A stretch of 64,000 nt of DNA from assembly GCA_963675525.2 (NCBI GenBank), contig CAXXSL010000011.1:96001-160000 (forward strand), in the 5' to 3' direction. How positions within the stretch are numbered: position 1 is the stretch's first letter; the number at the start of each line of letters is the position of its first letter. The notes below the pieces were generated by a model that was not told the DNA's origin, made no database searches, and worked only from the letters and a program-made list of their open reading frames with translations. A program made the position numbers and the translations under genes. Source of the DNA: Anaerohalosphaeraceae bacterium. GTDB taxonomy: Bacteria; Planctomycetota; Phycisphaerae; Sedimentisphaerales; Anaerohalosphaeraceae. Below are positions 9,194 through 18,993 of the stretch, one piece after another.

Positions 9194-12100
9194 CTACTTT
9201 TCATTCACTGATGTTGCATAAACCAGCCAAACCGGACCAATCAGGCCGCTCTCTTCGAGAGGTTCGGCCGGCTCAAACCAAAGGTCACGATATAACATCC
9301 AGCCAATACGCTTTTCAGGCAACACACCGGCATCACCCACTAAACGATTTTTCCATGTATTTGTGACTGCAATGTCAAGCTCATTTCGACCCGGTTGCAG
9401 AGCCTCAGTAACCTCAAGTCTATAAGGCGACTCCCAAAGAACACCTAAATCTTTCCCATTCAAGCAAACCCGGGCAATGTTTTCAACCCGGCTTAGAACC
9501 AAAAAAATCCTTTGTTCGTTTCGCTCGAATTCAGAGGCATTGGACTCTGAAAGACTCGGAACCTGAAAAACTGTTTTATACGTCGCCGTTCCCGAAAAGT
9601 GTTTGACGCCAAAATCCTCATGATGGCTCAGGGATTCCAGACGAGTCAGCTCAATTTGATTCGGTGCTCCGCGTCCCTTTTCAAATTCAACCTGCCACGG
9701 ACCGGATAATTCCATCTTCTCCGGCACCTTTTCAGCATTATAGTTCACCGTTTTACCCGATTCATAGTGTAATGTCCACAGTCCGGGAAAAAAAGCCCAA
9801 TATTTTCCATCTTCTACGAAAAATTCAGGCAAACCGCCCTCCATCGTTCGAGATGGTGTAATTTCCACAATCGAATCACTCTTGTCTGCGGAGCGGCGGA
9901 AAACGACAAATAACGATTGAGCCGGACTAAATATCATCGTCACAATTGTCCTGCCTTTTTCCCTGCGCCAAACCGCGGCGTCCTGTATAGTTCCCTTTGC
10001 CGCATCCCAAATCTCCGGCACACGTTTTTGGACTCGAAATGAGACTTCGACCTGCCCGGCCTGATGGTCCTGATTTGAAATAAAGTATATATCCGCGTTA
10101 TCCTTTTGCCGATGATTCCACGAGAAAGGAGGCGACTTATATCCCATTTCCTGCCGGTCAACGGGCGTCATATCCGCTCCGAGGAATATTACATCAGGCT
10201 CTATTTTCAGCTTTTTTAAAACCGGTTCTAAAAGTTGAGCATCAAGCACCGATTTCCATGAACAGGTCACGATATCCTGTACGTCTTTGTCGCAGGCCGG
10301 ATAATTCGTCAAACTCCATGAACGGTCGGGGCGTGCTCCAATAATCTGAATACCGGCTTTGGCCAACTCGCCGATTTTTTTTGCCGTTTGGGGTGTCATT
10401 CGGTCGCCGGAAGGTAAAACGAGCAATCTGTAACGCATGTCGCCGGGCAGCACAAGTTGTCCGTTTTCTGCGGACGCCAGATGCAGCGCATCTGGATTAA
10501 TCGAATCATAAGTATAACCGCAGGGCAGCGCCGGAGTCAATGTATCCGGAAGGAATGCCCGCGTGGGCACTTCTTCGCCGGTAAAATAACAGACATCGAC
10601 CACCGGCAGCCCCTGCTGCAAAAGACTCTGGCAGCGGGCAAGATAATCAAACCAGGCTTTTCCGGCCATGTGCCATGTTTGATGACCACTAAAAAAAGTA
10701 CCGACACTCGTCAGCGTCACACCCGGAACACGATCGAACGCCTGGTGCGGCCAAACATGAAGAACAAATCGATTGATGCCCAGTGCGAATTGATGATCCC
10801 CCAACGCCTTCAGCAAAAACGGGTGTTCGTTCCATTTCAATCTTAACTGTGTAAACGCCTCCGCCTGAACAATTTGTTTGCCGTAAATATGAGCACCGGA
10901 AACCGCATCCAGAATGTCATTCGGTTTATCATGCGAGGCGCTTTGAAACCAGAATTCTCCCATCGGATAATCAACGTAACGCTGATGCTGCAGCCCGTCC
11001 GACATCATCGTCGGGGCCATGCTTTCCGCACTAAGCCCGCAGTTTCTTTCGTGTGTCAGCCTGCTGAGAGGCTTATAGAAATTATCACACACAAGGTCGG
11101 CAATCGTCCGTCGAACATCATACAGAAAACGCTCCGAAAGCTCAGCCGACTCAACGGGGACTCCGGTCATCGCCGGAAGCCAGAGGAGCGGGTCATAGCC
11201 TCGGCGTTTTATAAACTGGTCACGAAACACAGGTGAGTAGTTCTGGCTGCCCGCCTCCCAGCTATCGGTATGATTCAGACAAAGGGTCTTTCCCGCAAAC
11301 TCGGGGCCCACTTGTTTGAGAGCCTCGCCAAACCATTTATCAAACTGAAGGCGGACCGCGTCGGGATTAAATTTATCACATTCCAGCCCGACTCCGTTTC
11401 CTGTGGGCGTATTTTTTATGCCGGTTGTCGTATATCCAATTCGCTGGATCTTCCATCGGCCCGGCCCCGGCGTCCATTGTAACATGCCATCAGAACTCAT
11501 TTGATTCGTGAGGTCGATTATCCGGTCACGTTTGATACACAGAACATCAGGGACTTGTGAATCAGTGGTCCAAGAGCTGCTTCGCCAGCGAAAACCCGCT
11601 TTGCCCTCCCATTGATGGATGCAGGGTGACGAACGAAGCTCGATATGTCCAATCTTCAGCTTTTGATGATAGAGCGGTTTAGCACCTTCAAGATTTTCAG
11701 AGCCTTCGGGGCTGTCAGCCGGGTCAAAAATGAAGCGAAAAAATCGCCCCGTTGCAGGTAGAATCGCATAACTGGCCTGCATCTTGTTTTCCTGCCAGCC
11801 GTGGCGCGACGGAGTCAATCGACCGAGGGAGTGGAAATTTTCGCCGTCTTGACTGACTTGAATCTCCATGCGGTGAAGCTGAAAACTCCGCAACTGACTG
11901 GGTGACAGGACGACTGACCGGCAGGTAAACGGCTCGGTGAACTCATATTGAATCCAGCATTTATTCGGTATTGTAACATGCGCATCGAGTCCTTTAACAA
12001 GCGGCTGCGGGTCAAAATCAGGAAGGTTCGTCGTTGCCTTAGGATTTAAAACGGTCGAGGTTACTTCTGCCTGGTCAGAAACAGGATAAGCAAAAACGGC

Positions 12101-12622
12101 GATATCGCGATAATAACCTTCCCGTGAAACGGGCTGTTCGATACGGTCTTCAAAGGGTTTACCCCCTTCAATGATTCGTGAGGTCCATACAAGTTCCTGC
12201 ATCGACAATTCCGGCGTAATCCACGGCCCGCCCGCCAAAGACCAGCCGTCACAGGCATTCATTGCAATTTTCAAATTCAGGCGAGCCGCTTCCTTCACAG
12301 CATATCGAACCGTGTCCCACCATTGCTCAGAAAGCGTTTCAACCGGTTGAGCAAGCGGGGTTGTTTTCGGGTCGGTCTTCCCAATCGTCATCAGATAGGC
12401 GCCGCCAATTCCACTACTTGCCATCGATTCCAGGTCGCGTGTAATGCCCTCGCGCGTAATATTACCATTCATCCAGTACCAATACACCCACGGTTTAGCA
12501 GAATCCGGCGGATTCAAAAATTCGTCTCGAAGCAAATCAGCAGGAAAAACAAGACATGAAAAAAGCAAGACAGCAATGAAAAAAAATTGAACTGTCGTCG
12601 CTTTCATTTCTTTTCTGTTCAT
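9194..12622 (-). CDS. Glycoside hydrolase family 106 (alpha-L-rhamnosidase-like), secreted
   Basis: F..PP.SAKPWVYWYWMNGNIT.EGI..DLE, GWSLAGGPWITPE, DSWE, PMGEFW, AEAFT, GINRFVLH, N.W.NRL.GD, SGLIGPV. Confidence 0.9.
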   Translation of the reverse strand: MNRKEMKATTVQFFFIAVLLFSCLVFPADLLRDEFLNPPDSAKPWVYWYWMNGNITREGITRDLESMASSGIGGAYLMTIGKTDPKTTPLAQPVETLSEQWWDTVRYAVKEAARLNLKIAMNACDGWSLAGGPWITPELSMQELVWTSRIIEGGKPFEDRIEQPVSREGYYRDIAVFAYPVSDQAEVTSTVLNPKATTNLPDFDPQPLVKGLDAHVTIPNKCWIQYEFTEPFTCRSVVLSPSQLRSFQLHRMEIQVSQDGENFHSLGRLTPSRHGWQENKMQASYAILPATGRFFRFIFDPADSPEGSENLEGAKPLYHQKLKIGHIELRSSPCIHQWEGKAGFRWRSSSWTTDSQVPDVLCIKRDRIIDLTNQMSSDGMLQWTPGPGRWKIQRIGYTTTGIKNTPTGNGVGLECDKFNPDAVRLQFDKWFGEALKQVGPEFAGKTLCLNHTDSWEAGSQNYSPVFRDQFIKRRGYDPLLWLPAMTGVPVESAELSERFLYDVRRTIADLVCDNFYKPLSRLTHERNCGLSAESMAPTMMSDGLQHQRYVDYPMGEFWFQSASHDKPNDILDAVSGAHIYGKQIVQAEAFTQLRLKWNEHPFLLKALGDHQFALGINRFVLHVWPHQAFDRVPGVTLTSVGTFFSGHQTWHMAGKAWFDYLARCQSLLQQGLPVVDVCYFTGEEVPTRAFLPDTLTPALPCGYTYDSINPDALHLASAENGQLVLPGDMRYRLLVLPSGDRMTPQTAKKIGELAKAGIQIIGARPDRSWSLTNYPACDKDVQDIVTCSWKSVLDAQLLEPVLKKLKIEPDVIFLGADMTPVDRQEMGYKSPPFSWNHRQKDNADIYFISNQDHQAGQVEVSFRVQKRVPEIWDAAKGTIQDAAVWRREKGRTIVTMIFSPAQSLFVVFRRSADKSDSIVEITPSRTMEGGLPEFFVEDGKYWAFFPGLWTLHYESGKTVNYNAEKVPEKMELSGPWQVEFEKGRGAPNQIELTRLESLSHHEDFGVKHFSGTATYKTVFQVPSLSESNASEFERNEQRIFLVLSRVENIARVCLNGKDLGVLWESPYRLEVTEALQPGRNELDIAVTNTWKNRLVGDAGVLPEKRIGWMLYRDLWFEPAEPLEESGLIGPVWLVYATSVNEK

Positions 12623-12633
12623 TCGGCTTGTTT

Positions 12634-13434
12634 TTAAAAATTGTTGTTTACATAATTTACGGCATTCGTGAAAATCGTCATACCGTCGGCAAAACCTTCG
12701 CGGTCTTTGAGCCGGGTCCAGTGCGGGTGCTGTGTCCAGCGAACGCAGCGTTCCGGATGCGGCATCATGCCCATCGCCCGGCCGGTCGAATCCGTCAATG
12801 CCGCAATGGCATCCTGTGAGCCGTTGGGATTGATCGGGAAACCGCCTTCATTGCCATCGGCATCGACATAGCGAAACGCCACAAAACCATGCTGCTTCAT
12901 CTGATTGAGCGTTTCTTCGCTGTTGGCAACGATCTTGCCTTCGCCGTGAGCGATCGGCAGATAGATCCGCTTGCCCGGCTCCACAAACACGCAGCGGTCC
13001 GTTCCGGGCTGCAAATGCACCCAACGGTCTTCAAATTTGCCGCAATCATTATTGGTCAAGGTCACCGCCTGATCGGTCAATGACAGCTTGCCCGGTCCAT
13101 CAAGTCCCGGCACGATACCGGTTTTGATCATAACCTGAAAGCCGTTACAGATCCCCAGCACCAGTTTGCCGTCTTCGATAAACTTATGCAGAATATCGCT
13201 GAGGTGATGAACCACCTGATTGGCCAGGATCTTGCCCGCGGCCACGTCATCGCCGTAACTGAATCCGCCGGGGAAAACCATAACCTGGTAACCGTCCAGC
13301 ATCGCGGGGTCATCAATCACCCGGTTGATATGAACGCGTTCGGCTTCTGCGCCGGCCAGCTGCAGGGCATGTTCCGTTTCCATGTCACAGTTAATGCCTG
13401 CCGCTCGTAATACAATTGCTTTAACATTATCCAT
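12634..13434 (-). CDS. purQ: Phosphoribosylformylglycinamidine synthase I (glutaminase subunit)
   Basis: GINCD.ET, PGGFSYGD, GICNGFQ, AHGEG, NPNGS, MMPHPER. Confidence 0.96.
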   Translation of the reverse strand: MDNVKAIVLRAAGINCDMETEHALQLAGAEAERVHINRVIDDPAMLDGYQVMVFPGGFSYGDDVAAGKILANQVVHHLSDILHKFIEDGKLVLGICNGFQVMIKTGIVPGLDGPGKLSLTDQAVTLTNNDCGKFEDRWVHLQPGTDRCVFVEPGKRIYLPIAHGEGKIVANSEETLNQMKQHGFVAFRYVDADGNEGGFPINPNGSQDAIAALTDSTGRAMGMMPHPERCVRWTQHPHWTRLKDREGFADGMTIFTNAVNYVNNNF

Positions 13435-13460
13435 CAATTAAATCCTTATCGCATAATATT

Positions 13461-13980
13461 TAACCATGAAGTACATGAAGTTAATGAAGTTATTTTCTTA
13501 TATAATTTATAAAACAAAACTCTTTAAGCCGTTTTTCAATAGTGTTGCGTTAAAGTTTATCAGAAAACCTTGTTTGATATTGGCTAATTTCATATAAGAT
13601 AAAATCTGTGCGTCGTGAACTTTATTCAACTGTTCAACACTTTTCAGCTCAATTATTATTTCATCTTCCACTAATATGTCTATCCTGTAACCACAATCCA
13701 AATGACAACCCTTGTAATCAATCGGTAAAGGCTTTTCAATTTGAAAGTTAATTCCATTTAACCTTAGCTCATGGCACAGACACTGCTGGTAAGCAGATTC
13801 CAGTAATCCCGGCCCCAAGGCCTTATGCACCTCAATCGCACATCCAATGACCCTATTGGACAACTCGCTGAATTCCCTCTTTTTGCCCATCATTAAATCC
13901 CTGAACATTCAACAGAACCTCAAAGAACATGAAGAAAAATATATATAAAAAACTTCCTGTTCTTCATGCTCTTCATGGTA
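13461..13980. mobile_element. Inverted-repeat-bounded cassette carrying a GxxExxY gene, inserted between purL and purQ
   Basis: Left arm ACCATGAAGTACATGAAGTTAATGAAGTT (13463-13491) matches the reverse complement of 13951-13979 at 23/29; AT-rich interior; no transposase. Confidence 0.6.
13507..13893 (-). CDS. GxxExxY protein (PD-(D/E)XK nuclease-like fold)
   Basis: IGCAIEVHKALGPGLLESAY, YRIDILVE, IIELKS, AQILSYMKL, GFLINFN; start could be 13908, 13893 or 13890. Confidence 0.95.
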   Translation of the reverse strand: MMGKKREFSELSNRVIGCAIEVHKALGPGLLESAYQQCLCHELRLNGINFQIEKPLPIDYKGCHLDCGYRIDILVEDEIIIELKSVEQLNKVHDAQILSYMKLANIKQGFLINFNATLLKNGLKSFVL

Positions 13981-13988
13981 AAATACGA

Positions 13989-16874
13989 TTACCAAGCCAA
14001 CGGTTTCTGCCAGGCTTCTTTTAAGGCATCCAGATTCGCGTCGATAACCGTTTGCTGCTTACGGTCCCGTACGCGCAGTTTCTTTTCCGCGATAACCTCA
14101 CCGATCTGTCCGAACGGAAGATTCAGCATCCGTTTAGCAAACGCATCGAAATCCTGCGGCTCGACTTCAACCAGGTAACGTGAACAGGATTCACTGAACA
14201 GCAGTGTTTCCGTCCTGACACAATCATCGGCAGCCGGGGCTCCGCGCAGGTCGGTTTCGATGCCATAACCGCCCGCAAAGGCCATTTCCGCCAATGCGGT
14301 TGCAAGACCGCCTTCTGAGCAGTCATGGCAGGACCGTACCAGGCCGCTTTGAATGGCTTGATAAATCCGTTTGGCCGTTTGTGCCGCAACCTTGACGTCT
14401 GTCCGGGGAACAGTGGCTCCAAGCTGGTCGTTGACCTTATAATAATGCGACCCGCCCAGTTCGTTCTTTGTCAGCCCGACCGCAAAGATCAGGTTGCCGG
14501 GCTGTTTAACATCCATCGTCACGCATGTGTTGACATCCTCCACCAGACCGATCGCACTGATCAGTAGAGTGTATGGAATGGCGATGCGTGTTCCGTCATC
14601 ACAGACAAATTCATTATTCAGTGAATCCTTACCGGAGATGAACGGTGCCCCAAATCCCATCGCCCCGTCATAGCAAGCCTGCGAAGCCCGCACCAACGCG
14701 CCCAGCATTTCCGGCCGGGTACAGTCGCCCCAGCAATAGTTATCCAGCAACGCAATGCGATCCGGATCGGAGCCGACACAAACCAAATTTCGAATCGCTT
14801 CATCAATGCCCGCCAATGCCATCCAGTACGGGTCAATGTCGCCGTAGCACGGATTCATGCCGCAACTGAGCGAAACGCCCTTGTCATGACCGTACTTGGG
14901 ACGAATGACCGCCGCATCCATCGGGCCGTCATTATCAATCCCCATCAGGGGCTTGATCACGCTGCCGCCCTGCACCTCATGGTCGTACTGACGGATCACC
15001 CATTCCTTCGAAGCCACATTATACGAGCCGAGAATTTTAAGCAGGTCGTCATTGTAGCTGTCTTTTTCATCAAGCACCGGCTCGGACAGTTTTTTTGTTT
15101 CCCATTTGGCTTTGCGGTCATATTTACAGATACCCTCATGCAGGAAGTCCATATCCAACTGTCCGACCTGCGTACCATTGTATCGCAGCGTTAGTTTCTT
15201 ATCACCGGTAAAGGTGCCGATAACGGTCGCCTCAACATCTTCGGACTTAAAGATAGTCATGATCGCATCAAGATTTTCCGGCTTGACGGCAATGACCATG
15301 CGTTCCTGCGCCTCGCTGATCCAGATTTCCGTATAGGTCAGGCCCGCATACTTCAGCGGCACTTTTTCCAAATCCACTTCGACGCCGAGCTTTTCGCCCA
15401 TTTCGCCGACCGCACTGGAGAGTCCCCCCGCCCCGCAGTCGGTGATGGATTCATACAAATTCGCGTCACGTGTCTGCAACAGTGTATCGAGCGTTTTCTT
15501 TTCCGTAATCGCATTACCAATTTGTACGGCATGGGAGAAAATCTCTTCATGCTCGTGGGTCATCTCACCGCTGGAGAAGGTTGCACCGTGAATGCCGTCC
15601 CGGCCGGTTCTGCCGCCGACAACCACAACTAAATTGCCTGCTTGTGCATTCTTAAAACATTTTTCTCGCGGAATCAAGCCGACATTCCCGCAGAACACCA
15701 AGGGATTGGACAGGTAACGGTCATCGAAATAGAGTGCCCCGTTGACCGTCGGAATCCCCATGCGGTTGCCATAGTCCCGCACACCGGCGACAACGCCCTT
15801 CATAATACGACGCGGATGCAGCACGCCCTTCGGCACGTCTTCCAACTTCATGTCCGGCCGGGCAAAGCAGAATATATCCGTATTCGCCACCGGTTTGGCA
15901 CCCATGCCGGTTCCCATCGGGTCCCGGATCACCCCGCCGATGCCGGTCGCGGCTCCGCCGTAAGGGTCCAGCGCCGAGGGATGATTATGCGTTTCAACCT
16001 TAAAACACACCGCGTGTTCATCGTCAAATTCGATCACACCTGCGTTATCTTCGAAAACGGAAATGCACCAGTCTTTGTTCAAATCCTTGGTGGCCTTGAA
16101 GATGGTTTCCTTGATGAGATTATCAAAATAGATTTTCTCGCCGTCCAGATCCATGTCCACACTGCTTTTGAGCGTCTTATGAACACAGTGCTCGCTCCAC
16201 GTCTGGGCCAGCGTCTCCAGTTCAACATCGGTCGGCTCGCGGTCCAGTTTGCGATATTCGTCCCGGATCGTCTGCATCTCCTTGAGATTCAGGAACATAT
16301 CCTTTTCTTTGCTGAGCTGCATGAGTTGTTCATCCGTCAGCTCGCGAATCGGAACGTTCGTCAGCACCATCTCATACGGCTGAATATGCGGACTCGGCGG
16401 GTCGGCATCCATCCCATAAATGACGTCTTCGATGCAGTCATTGGCCAAAGTCCGGCGGGCAATCGTTTCACGCTCTTTGTCGGAAACGTTGCCGAGCAGA
16501 ACATATTTGCGGGCCGTTCGAACCGAAACCCCGTCGCCGGCCCCCATATCCGACAACGCCGCCATGACCGATTCGGCCACCGGATCGGTCACGCCGCTTT
16601 TCAAATGCACCTCGATCAAGGTCGCAGGCATCGGTCCGGCGGGAACGCCGCTTTTGCCGATATGCCAATCCTGGCAGACGGTATCGCTAAGCAGTTCTTT
16701 AGCCACACGCTCGGCAAAGGCCTGGTCAAAATCGGCCTCAATCAGGTAGACCTTTTCGGAAATGACGTCCTCGACGGAAGTTATATTTAACTGCCGAATG
16801 TCCTCCAGCACATCTTTGCCGCCAACATCCGGAAACCCCTGCTTCGATGAAATCTCAAATCGCCACTGTTTCAC
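13989..16874 (-). CDS. purL: Phosphoribosylformylglycinamidine synthase II with N-terminal PurS-like extension
   Basis: QTWSEHC.HK, DNAG, KVETHNHPSA, GGAATGIGGVIRD, TGRDGIHGA, DCGAGG, SEAQERM, QYDHEV, GKDSL; GTG start at 16874 after AAGGGA. Confidence 0.96.
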   Translation of the reverse strand: MKQWRFEISSKQGFPDVGGKDVLEDIRQLNITSVEDVISEKVYLIEADFDQAFAERVAKELLSDTVCQDWHIGKSGVPAGPMPATLIEVHLKSGVTDPVAESVMAALSDMGAGDGVSVRTARKYVLLGNVSDKERETIARRTLANDCIEDVIYGMDADPPSPHIQPYEMVLTNVPIRELTDEQLMQLSKEKDMFLNLKEMQTIRDEYRKLDREPTDVELETLAQTWSEHCVHKTLKSSVDMDLDGEKIYFDNLIKETIFKATKDLNKDWCISVFEDNAGVIEFDDEHAVCFKVETHNHPSALDPYGGAATGIGGVIRDPMGTGMGAKPVANTDIFCFARPDMKLEDVPKGVLHPRRIMKGVVAGVRDYGNRMGIPTVNGALYFDDRYLSNPLVFCGNVGLIPREKCFKNAQAGNLVVVVGGRTGRDGIHGATFSSGEMTHEHEEIFSHAVQIGNAITEKKTLDTLLQTRDANLYESITDCGAGGLSSAVGEMGEKLGVEVDLEKVPLKYAGLTYTEIWISEAQERMVIAVKPENLDAIMTIFKSEDVEATVIGTFTGDKKLTLRYNGTQVGQLDMDFLHEGICKYDRKAKWETKKLSEPVLDEKDSYNDDLLKILGSYNVASKEWVIRQYDHEVQGGSVIKPLMGIDNDGPMDAAVIRPKYGHDKGVSLSCGMNPCYGDIDPYWMALAGIDEAIRNLVCVGSDPDRIALLDNYCWGDCTRPEMLGALVRASQACYDGAMGFGAPFISGKDSLNNEFVCDDGTRIAIPYTLLISAIGLVEDVNTCVTMDVKQPGNLIFAVGLTKNELGGSHYYKVNDQLGATVPRTDVKVAAQTAKRIYQAIQSGLVRSCHDCSEGGLATALAEMAFAGGYGIETDLRGAPAADDCVRTETLLFSESCSRYLVEVEPQDFDAFAKRMLNLPFGQIGEVIAEKKLRVRDRKQQTVIDANLDALKEAWQKPLAW

Positions 16875-16898
16875 AATCAATCCCTTAATAAATTCCTT

Positions 16899-16925
16899 GT
16901 CATTCCCGCACACGGTGCCGAATCC
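16899..16925. repeat. Degenerate GTCATTCCCGC...GAATCC REP-like element in the purL leader
   Basis: GTCATTCCCGCACACGGTGCCGAATCC; the right arm is degenerate. Confidence 0.35.
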
Positions 16926-17071
16926 ATCTTAAAAACAGCATCGGCCAAAAGCCGAATCCGAATTTTTGCTATTTTATCTTTGATTTTTAACAGATGGGGG
17001 CATGTTACACAAAACCGGTGTTCTTCTCAATAAGGAATCAGAAAATCTTTTCTGATTTCCTGCATATAGCA

Positions 17072-17242
17072 TCAATAACAACTCTTTTTCTCCATACAGA
17101 CGACCAAGCCGAACGCGTTTTTGGCTTTTTTGATAGCAACGAGCTTGTCCATTGTTGCGGATTCTTCCAACTGTATATCCGGCAGAGATTCCAACAGTAA
17201 CAGGATTAACGAAACTATCAAAGCATAGTTCACATTCTGAGG
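17072..17242 (-). pseudogene. C-terminal remnant of a trypsin-like (S1C) serine protease
   Basis: Reads PQNVNYALIVSLILLLLESLPDI...KKAKNAFGLVVC; PQNVNYA is typical just after the catalytic serine region of such proteases; no catalytic part upstream. Confidence 0.5.
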
Positions 17243-17251
17243 GAATAGCTA

Positions 17252-17458
17252 TTATTTCCCCTCAATAATCCAATAACCTCGGCAATGTCCTTTTCTTATG
17301 CCCCTCTTTTTTCGTGCCAAATCACCTAATACAGTTCGAACCCTATGCTTCCATTCTGGAACACGATCTTGACTGCTTTGACAAAATTCACAACAAATTA
17401 AATCATCATCACAAAAATGTGGATATTTTTCTTTCACAGTTAAATATATCTTTTCCAC
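17252..17458 (-). pseudogene. Fragment of a winged-helix-like (Mrr N-terminal-like) protein
   Basis: IY..VKEKYP...PEWKHRVR..L..L...G.W pattern; appears N-terminally truncated. Confidence 0.35.
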
Positions 17459-17542
17459 GTTATTGGCAGATCGCCAACGTTTGAAGTCACAATATGCGAT
17501 TTCAAGTATGCCCCCATATCTATCCCTTCTCCGAGAAACCGT

Positions 17543-18094
17543 TTATTTTTTTGTTTTGGTAGCTTGAGCCTCTGTGTGATAGCCGATTTGTTTCTTGGGT
17601 TTTACGTCTTCAGCCACCATGGCTTTGAGAATATCAAAAATACGCTGGATTTGTTGATCCTGCCGGGAGTCTTTCTTTTCGAGCATTTCGATCCGTCGGC
17701 GAAGGAGTCCGTTGTCGGCCATAATTTTCCGCAAATGGACGAATGTACGCATGATCGCGATATTAACCTCCACGGCCTGCCTGCTTCGCAGCACACTGGA
17801 GAGCATCGCCACCCCCTGCTCCGTAAACGCATAGGGACGCGCTCGACGCATCCCGCCCCAACTTGAAATCACAATTTGTGATTTCAAGTTTTCAAACTCC
17901 TGCGGACTTAACTGAAACATGAAATCGGATGGAAAACGCTCACTGTTACGCTTGACAGCCTGAATTAACACACGCGGTTCAACACCATAAAGCAACGCCA
18001 AATCAGGACTTAACATAACCTTTTCCCCTCGCAAGTAATAAATGCACTGCTGGACACGTTCAATGGGAATAATTGATTGTTCCTTCCCTGCCAC
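17543..18094 (-). CDS. ORF6N-domain DNA-binding protein
   Basis: IYYLRGEKVML..DLA.LYGV, QAVKRN.ERFP.DFMFQL, LKSQIVISSWGG.R..PYAFTEQGVAMLSSVL.S, IG(Y/F) tail. Confidence 0.93.
   Translation of the reverse strand: MAGKEQSIIPIERVQQCIYYLRGEKVMLSPDLALLYGVEPRVLIQAVKRNSERFPSDFMFQLSPQEFENLKSQIVISSWGGMRRARPYAFTEQGVAMLSSVLRSRQAVEVNIAIMRTFVHLRKIMADNGLLRRRIEMLEKKDSRQDQQIQRIFDILKAMVAEDVKPKKQIGYHTEAQATKTKK
17860..17890. repeat. Perfect 15-1-15 palindrome inside the ORF6N gene; degenerate copy at 17481-17507
   Basis: AACTTGAAATCACAA-T-TTGTGATTTCAAGTT. Confidence 0.9.
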
Positions 18095-18120
18095 CGATGT
18101 TTACCTCCTTAAATTACCTT

Positions 18121-18993
18121 TCAGAATAATTCTTTCTGGTCGATCTTCTGCTGGATCATTTTACTTCGTTTTTCGCCGGCCTGCTCGAGCAGTTTTTTCA
18201 CCTTCTTCTCATCGCCGTCGGCTATCGCCTTCCGCATAAGCTTTAACTGGGCGATCAAGGCGTCGATGCCCTTGACGCAGGTCGGGGCATTGGTCATCAG
18301 GATATCGGCCCAGACATTGGCCGGACCGGAGGCAACGCGGGTCGTATCGATAAATCCGCGGCCGGCAAACTGCATATTTTCAGAACTGTTGGCATTGACC
18401 AACGCCGTTGCCGTCAAATGCGGCAGATGGCTGACCATGCCGAAGATCTTATCGTGCCGGGCAGGTGTCATTATCCGAACCGCACATCCCAGGGATGTCC
18501 AAAATTTCTCCAAAACCTTCACCGATGCCGCATCCGTACCGGCGGTTTTGGTCAGAATACAGTTCGCCCCGGCCAACAAGTCGTCACGGGCATATTCGAC
18601 TCCCCGTTTTTCCGAACCGGCAATTGGATGAGACCCGACGTAAAAGACCTGTTTGGGTAAATGTTCTTTCGCCCAGCGGTGCGGCAATGACTTTGTAGAG
18701 CCAACATCGGTTACAATGGCACCATCCTTCAGGCAAGGGGTCATTTCTATAAAGTAGTCCTGGAATGTTTGGATCGGGGTGGCCAGAATAACGATGTCTG
18801 AATTCTGGACTGCGTCGGTCAGGGTTTCGGCGATCTCATGGGCAACGCCGTACTGACGCGATTTTTGACGCGTTTCGCAACGATGACTATAGCCGACAAC
18901 CTTAACGTGCGGCAAATCCCGTTTTACCGTAAGGGTCACGCTGGCCCCTAAAAGGCCCATGCCAACCACACTGACTTGTTTTAAGTTTTTCAT
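18121..18993 (-). CDS. tyrA: Prephenate/arogenate dehydrogenase
   Basis: Rossmann GMGLLGAS, ILATP, TDVGSTK, GSHPIAGSE, HD...SHLPH, D.TRVA. Confidence 0.93.
   Translation of the reverse strand: MKNLKQVSVVGMGLLGASVTLTVKRDLPHVKVVGYSHRCETRQKSRQYGVAHEIAETLTDAVQNSDIVILATPIQTFQDYFIEMTPCLKDGAIVTDVGSTKSLPHRWAKEHLPKQVFYVGSHPIAGSEKRGVEYARDDLLAGANCILTKTAGTDAASVKVLEKFWTSLGCAVRIMTPARHDKIFGMVSHLPHLTATALVNANSSENMQFAGRGFIDTTRVASGPANVWADILMTNAPTCVKGIDALIAQLKLMRKAIADGDEKKVKKLLEQAGEKRSKMIQQKIDQKELF

Noticed and set aside
16880..16990. Purine/ZTP-type riboswitch upstream of purL
   Set aside because: No recognisable aptamer consensus; the structure present fits a degenerate REP
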